Under the pieces are notes generated by a model. The model was not told the origin of the DNA, searched no databases, and saw only the letters and a program-made list of their open reading frames with translations. A DNA stretch of 64,000 nucleotides from an uncultured Armatimonadetes bacterium (lineage in GTDB: Bacteria > Armatimonadota > Hebobacteria > Hebobacterales > Hebobacteraceae). Each line of letters starts with the position of its first letter. Position 1 is the stretch's first letter. A program made the translations under genes and the position numbers. Location of the stretch: NCBI GenBank assembly GCA_963716175.1, contig OY970296.1, positions 3,872,001-3,936,000 on the forward strand, given 5' to 3'. Positions 59,061 through 64,000 of this stretch are shown one piece after another.

Positions 59061-59452
59061 AGGCGAGTCCCTGCTGGGTCTGGCGTAGCTCGGAGCGGGG
59101 CTTCCTGACGCTCATCGCGCTGCTGGTGGTAATAGTCATCATCGGCATTCTCTTCGCCACCCAGATGGGAGGTCCAGGGGGCGGCCGCAGCTCCATTCCC
59201 GGCGAGCCGGCCAGCACGCTGGGTGGCGCGGTGAGCCGGGCCGACGCCACCGTATGCCGGAATAACCTATCGCAACTGCGCGCCGCGATTGCCCTCTACC
59301 AGGCGAACAACGGCAGCTTCCCGCCCTCCCTGGAAGCGCTGCAGTCGAACCTGTCCGTGGCCGTCACCTGCCCGGTGGGCGGCGAACCCTATGACTACGA
59401 CCCGACCACGGGCGCGGTGCACTGCGTGCACCCGGGCCATGAGGGCTTCTGA
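59057..59452 (+). CDS. Pilin/pseudopilin-like protein (in frame with accB in this sequence)
   Basis: ERG|FLTLIALLVVIVIIGILF; C.NNL.QL..AI.LY....G.FP.SL..L; CP.GG..Y.Y. Confidence 0.7.
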   Translation: MKASPCWVWRSSERGFLTLIALLVVIVIIGILFATQMGGPGGGRSSIPGEPASTLGGAVSRADATVCRNNLSQLRAAIALYQANNGSFPPSLEALQSNLSVAVTCPVGGEPYDYDPTTGAVHCVHPGHEGF

Positions 59453-59467
59453 GCCGGTGAGGACGAT

Positions 59468-60817
59468 GTGTTCAAGAAGATCCTGATCGCGAATCGGGCA
59501 GAGATCGCGGTCCGTGTCATCCGCACCTGCCGGGAGCTGGGCATCGCGACGGTGGCGGTCTACTCCGAGGCCGACAGGACCTGCCTGCACGTGCGGCTGG
59601 CCGATGAGGCCGTCTGCATCGGGCCCCCGCCGAACAAAGACAGCTACCTCAGCATCCCGAATCTGATGCAGGCCGCGCTGAACACGGGGGCCGACGCCAT
59701 CCACCCGGGGTATGGCAATCTCTCCGAGGTGGCGGCCTTTGCCGAGAACTGCGAGATCTGCAATATCAGGTTCATCGGCCCCAAGGCCGAGACCATCCGG
59801 CGCATGCAGGACAAGGCCGCGGCCCGCCAGACCATGCGCGAGGCCGGGGTGCCTGTGATTCCGGGCAGCGAAGGCGCCATCCAGAATGAGCAGGAGGCCC
59901 TGCGGACCGCGGCGCGTTTGGGCTACCCGGTGGTGATCAAGGCGGCGATGGGCGGCGGTGGGCGAGGCATCAGGATCGCCCACAATGAGGATCAGCTCAC
60001 GCGGAACCTGAAGCTGGCGCAGTCCGAGGCGCAGGCCGCCTTCGGCCGGGGAGATGTCTACCTCGAGAAGTACCTGGAGGAGCCCCGCCACATCGAGTTC
60101 CAGGTGCTGGCCGACGGCCATGGCAACATCATCCACCTCGGCGAGCGGGACTGCTCGATCCAGACCAACAAGCATCAGAAGCTGCTGGAGGAATCGCCCT
60201 GCTTCGGACTGGGGCACCGCCTCCGCAATCACATGGGTGAGGCCGCCATCCGCGCCGCGAAGGCGGTGGGCTACGTCAATGCCGGCACGGTGGAGTTCAT
60301 GGTGGATCGCTCTGGCCGGTTCTACTTCCTGGAGATGAACACCCGGATTCAGGTCGAGCACCCGGTGACAGAGATGGTCACGGGTCTGGATCTGGTGCGG
60401 GAGCAGATCCGGATCGCCTACGGGCACAAGCTGGGCCGGAGCCAGCGGGACATCGTCTTCCGAGGCCATGCCGTGGAATGCCGGATCACGGCCGAAGATT
60501 ACACCAATCGCTTCCTGGCCTCCGGCGGCTCGGTGGATTCGCTCCATCTTCCCGGTGGGCCCGGGGTGCGAGTTGACACTCATCTCTACCCCGGCTATAT
60601 AGTGCCGCCGTTCTACGATGCCCTGCTCGCCAAGCTGATCGTGTGGGCGCCGACGCGCGCGGAGGCGATCGCCAGGGCCGCCCGGGCGCTGCAGGAACTC
60701 GAGATTGACGGTCTGAAGACGACTATCCCATTCCACCAGCAAGTGCTCGTCAATGCCTACTTCCGCCGGGGGGACATCGCCACCAACTTCGTGCAGCGGC
60801 GGATGGGCGTGACGTGA
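59468..60817 (+). CDS. accC: Biotin carboxylase
   Basis: KILIANR.EIA, HPGYG, GGGGRG, EMNTRIQVEHPVTE. Confidence 0.96.
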   Translation: MFKKILIANRAEIAVRVIRTCRELGIATVAVYSEADRTCLHVRLADEAVCIGPPPNKDSYLSIPNLMQAALNTGADAIHPGYGNLSEVAAFAENCEICNIRFIGPKAETIRRMQDKAAARQTMREAGVPVIPGSEGAIQNEQEALRTAARLGYPVVIKAAMGGGGRGIRIAHNEDQLTRNLKLAQSEAQAAFGRGDVYLEKYLEEPRHIEFQVLADGHGNIIHLGERDCSIQTNKHQKLLEESPCFGLGHRLRNHMGEAAIRAAKAVGYVNAGTVEFMVDRSGRFYFLEMNTRIQVEHPVTEMVTGLDLVREQIRIAYGHKLGRSQRDIVFRGHAVECRITAEDYTNRFLASGGSVDSLHLPGGPGVRVDTHLYPGYIVPPFYDALLAKLIVWAPTRAEAIARAARALQELEIDGLKTTIPFHQQVLVNAYFRRGDIATNFVQRRMGVT

Positions 60818-60865
60818 CGGCCCTGGGCTGCCGGATAGGCGAACCCGGTCGGGAGGGAGCGCGAG

Positions 60866-61303
60866 GTGGGCAGGCGTAGGAGTGGGCGGCAGCTAGCTCT
60901 GCGCACCCTGTTCCAGATTGATGTGGGGCGGATGCCCGCCGAGGAGGCGATGTCACTCTCGGCGGCCTCCAATCCGGTGGGGGCCGAGACCCAGGCCTTC
61001 GCCCGCCAGCTAGTGGAGGGCGCGGTGGCGCACCGACCTCACATTGATTACCTGATCGGGAAATATGCCCGGGGGTGGACGCTGGAGAGATTAGCCAACG
61101 TAGACCGCAATGTGCTTCGGCTAGCCATCTGCGAGCTGCTCTATCTGCCAGACATCCCGCCCAGCGTGACCGTAGACGAGGCGGTGGAGCTGGCGAAGAA
61201 GTACAGCACAGGCGAATCCGGGCGGTTCGTGAACGGCATCCTCGGCAACCTGGTGCGCCACCTGGAGGAGGAGAAGCAGGAGGCGAGGGAATGCCAGGCG
61301 TGA
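60866..61303 (+). CDS. nusB: Transcription antitermination factor NusB
   Basis: RR..R..A...LFQ, W.LERL..VDR..LR, EAVELAKKY, FVNGILG. Confidence 0.96.
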   Translation: MGRRRSGRQLALRTLFQIDVGRMPAEEAMSLSAASNPVGAETQAFARQLVEGAVAHRPHIDYLIGKYARGWTLERLANVDRNVLRLAICELLYLPDIPPSVTVDEAVELAKKYSTGESGRFVNGILGNLVRHLEEEKQEARECQA

Positions 61304-62526
61304 GCAGCGCCGAGGAGAGGCGAGGGCGCCGCTTCGTGTTCTCGGTGCGGCAGCTCACGCACTACCTGAAGAGCCTGTTCGCCCAGGACAAGACCCTTCA
61401 AGAGGTCTGGGTGCGAGGCGAGATCGGGGACCTGACCAGGCACGGCTCCGGCCACTGGTACTTCACCCTCAAAGAGCAGCTCAGCCAGCTCAGGTGCGTG
61501 ATGTTCCGGGAGGAGGCGGAGGCTGTGCGCTTCGCGCCGACCGAGGGCATGACCGTGGTGGCCAACGGCACGGTCACCATCTATGAGGCGCGGGGACAGT
61601 ATCAACTGGTGGTGCGGGAGCTGGAGCAGGAGGGGGTGGGTGACCTCTACCTCGCCTTCGAGCGGCTCCGGAACAAGCTGGCGGCGGAGGGGCTGTTCGA
61701 GGAGAGCCGGAAGCGGCCGCTGCCCTCCTTTCCGCGCAGGATCGCTCTGCTCACCTCCCCGGACGGCGCGGCGGTACACGATCTGCTGACCACACTGCGT
61801 CATCGCTGGCCGGTCGCCGACGTGGTGCTGATCCCGACGCCGGTGAGCGGGCCCGGGTCGGCAGCCGGCATCGTTCGCTCCCTCCGGCTGCTGCACCAGC
61901 TGACGGGCGTGGGGGTGGCGATTCTAGCGCGAGGCGGAGGCTCCATGGAGGAGCTTTCGGGCTTCAACGCGGAGGAAGTGGCGCGCGCGATTATCGCCTC
62001 GCCGGTGCCGGTGGTCACGGGCATCGGGCACGAGACGGATTTCACCATCGCCGAGTTCGTGGCCGACCGAAGGGCGGCGACGCCCACTGCCGCGGCGGCC
62101 GCAGTCACACCCGACCGGCACGAGCTGCTGCGCCGGGTTCAGGGTTGGCGTCGGGTGCTGGCCGGGCGGCTGCAGGCTACGGTAGGCCGATACCGCCGCG
62201 AGCTAACGCTGGTGCGGGCGCGGCCGGTGCTGCGGATGCCGCGCCTGCTGCTGGGGCCGCGACGACAACGGCTGGACGACCTCCTGATCGCCGTGCCCCA
62301 GCTCATCGCGCGCCGCCTGGCGGAGACACGCCTGCGTTTGGAGGCCCTGCGGGAAAAGCTGCGCGCGCTCAGCCCGCGGGCAGTGCTGGCGAGAGGCTTC
62401 TCGATCACCAGGTTGCCTGGGGGCGCCATCGTGCGTTCCTCCCGACAGCTAGCCGCGGGAGGACAGGCGCAGGTGGTTTTCCACGAGGGGTCGGCGAAAG
62501 TAAGAGTAACAGAGGTCGAAGCCTAG
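61291..62526 (+). CDS. xseA: Exodeoxyribonuclease VII large subunit
   Basis: SGHWYFTLK, L..EGLF, TSP.GAA, RGGGS.EEL, GIGHETD, TPTAAA, LSP...L.RG. Confidence 0.96.
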   Translation: MPGVSSAEERRGRRFVFSVRQLTHYLKSLFAQDKTLQEVWVRGEIGDLTRHGSGHWYFTLKEQLSQLRCVMFREEAEAVRFAPTEGMTVVANGTVTIYEARGQYQLVVRELEQEGVGDLYLAFERLRNKLAAEGLFEESRKRPLPSFPRRIALLTSPDGAAVHDLLTTLRHRWPVADVVLIPTPVSGPGSAAGIVRSLRLLHQLTGVGVAILARGGGSMEELSGFNAEEVARAIIASPVPVVTGIGHETDFTIAEFVADRRAATPTAAAAAVTPDRHELLRRVQGWRRVLAGRLQATVGRYRRELTLVRARPVLRMPRLLLGPRRQRLDDLLIAVPQLIARRLAETRLRLEALREKLRALSPRAVLARGFSITRLPGGAIVRSSRQLAAGGQAQVVFHEGSAKVRVTEVEA

Positions 62527-62560
62527 CGGGAGGCGGCGGGGGTGAAGTGAGGAGAAGAGG

Positions 62561-63967
62561 ATGCGCAGGTATGTAGTTGGCGGAATCTTGGCCCTGCTGT
62601 TCGCGACCGGCCTGGCCGGGGCGGCGGCAGCGGCGGGGACGCCGGCGGCGAAAGCAGAAGGAGTCGCGGAATTCCGGGCCGCCTGGGTGGCCTTCGCGGC
62701 CCCTGCGGCCGATCCCAAGCAGTCGCAGTCGCTGGAAGCGCGGCAAGCAGCGCGCCTGGCCGCCATCCCTCACATGGAAGCGGCGGTGGCAGCCGCTCCC
62801 AGAAACCCGGAGTACCAGGGGGATCTCACCTATATCTGCCTCACCGCCGGGCAGTATGAGAAGGCTCGCGCGGCCGTGAACCAGGCGATTGCGGTAAGAC
62901 GGAATGAGCCCCTGCTGTATCTGCTGCGGGGCCAGGCCGAAGCCGCGCTGGCTGAGATGGACCCGCCCACGGCCGGAGACAACATCGGGCCAGCTCTCAC
63001 CGCCTTCGACCGGGCGGCGCACCTGGACCACGCCAACTCGCTGCCCCTGCTCCAGGGGGCGAGCGTGGCTTTCGACGTGAACCGCCCCAAGCTGGCCCTG
63101 GCGAGAGTGAAGCGCGCACTGGAGCGGCGGGGCGCCAGGCTCTACGCCTTGTGGCTGCCGACGAACCTGGACCCGGATCGGGGGGCCTCGCTGCGGACCT
63201 GGCAGTACGTGCAGCTGGGGCACTGGTTCGAGCTGCTGGCTCGCTGCCGCAATGTGCACCGGTCCCTGTTGAAGCTGGGCACAGACGCAGAGCAGACGGA
63301 CGACCTGAAGCAGGCGGAGGAGCGGTTCCGGCAGGCGCTGGAGGTGGCCCGGCAGGTGGCCGCGATGCAGCCGAACCTGTTCATCACCGTGGCGACGGGT
63401 CTCGACTTGATGGAGGACGCGTACAGCGCGCTCTCCGGGTCCGCCGCTGAGAGCTTGATCGGCGCCGAGTTCGCCAGGCTGAACCAGCCGGGCGGGCCGC
63501 CGCAGCAGGCCTTGCCGGCATGGCCGGATAGGGCCAAGGCGGTGATCGAGGCCCAGTTCACGAAACAGAAGCTGACCGAAGCACAGGGCAAGCAGCTCTT
63601 CGCAGAGTGGCGAGGCATGGAGCCGGCACCATCGGGGTTGGACGACCCGCGGTGGGACCTGATCCTGCTGGCGAGCTACTATAGCTGGCTGCTGGCTCGG
63701 GAGGGAGCGCCGCGGACAGAGGAGGCCCAGAACCTGGAGCGCTGGCAGGGGGAAGCCGGAGTGGTACGCTTTGCCCGCAGCCAACTCGCGCCCTCCCTCC
63801 AAGCATATGTGCAAGAGATCACCAAGGGCCCGCCTCCCAAGATCCAGGAGCTGCTGGCGAAAGAGGCCGCCTATGTGGCTCCGGTCATCAAGGGTGTCGG
63901 ACTGAAGGCGCAGGAGGAGCCACCGACAGCAGCGGAGACGAAGCCAGTTGCTGTCGGCGGCCGCTAG
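62561..63967 (+). CDS. Exported TPR-like helical hypothetical protein
   Basis: Signal peptide; A....P.N, Y..A......A, LLRG.A TPR-like spacing. Confidence 0.6.
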   Translation: MRRYVVGGILALLFATGLAGAAAAAGTPAAKAEGVAEFRAAWVAFAAPAADPKQSQSLEARQAARLAAIPHMEAAVAAAPRNPEYQGDLTYICLTAGQYEKARAAVNQAIAVRRNEPLLYLLRGQAEAALAEMDPPTAGDNIGPALTAFDRAAHLDHANSLPLLQGASVAFDVNRPKLALARVKRALERRGARLYALWLPTNLDPDRGASLRTWQYVQLGHWFELLARCRNVHRSLLKLGTDAEQTDDLKQAEERFRQALEVARQVAAMQPNLFITVATGLDLMEDAYSALSGSAAESLIGAEFARLNQPGGPPQQALPAWPDRAKAVIEAQFTKQKLTEAQGKQLFAEWRGMEPAPSGLDDPRWDLILLASYYSWLLAREGAPRTEEAQNLERWQGEAGVVRFARSQLAPSLQAYVQEITKGPPPKIQELLAKEAAYVAPVIKGVGLKAQEEPPTAAETKPVAVGGR

Positions 63968-64000
63968 TGGGCTGAGATGACCCCGCCGCGCGGGCCGGGG

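Overview
High-GC chromosomal window, densely coding. I saw no rRNA, tRNA, CRISPR array or transposase gene. Three proteins end in the triple SLH module (RDQMAVYIARALAGGD), and there is a DUF1559/H-X9-DG prepilin-like gene; together these suggest Armatimonadota (inference). Core genes are ftsEX, tlpA-ccdA, groES-groEL and efp-accB-accC-nusB-xseA. Also present are an ECF sigma/anti-sigma/MucB module, a six-gene xanthine-dehydrogenase-family cluster with two Mo subunits, and many sugar-catabolic enzymes and GNATs. At least five genes carry 1-2 nt frameshifts and two ORFs look falsely fused, most simply explained by long-read indel errors. The most novel signals are small DNA elements: (1) GTAG-type REP palindromes that supply stop codons, nest inside one another, and sit in-frame inside proteins, which is shown directly by comparing the two Mo-subunit paralogs; (2) a dispersed hairpin family with covarying stems and a conserved TCGC-N5-GAAGTAA-N2-6-GCGA core that I do not recognise; (3) a CTAG-bounded two-hairpin mini-element. 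All calls come from reading the sequence; no database searches were run.
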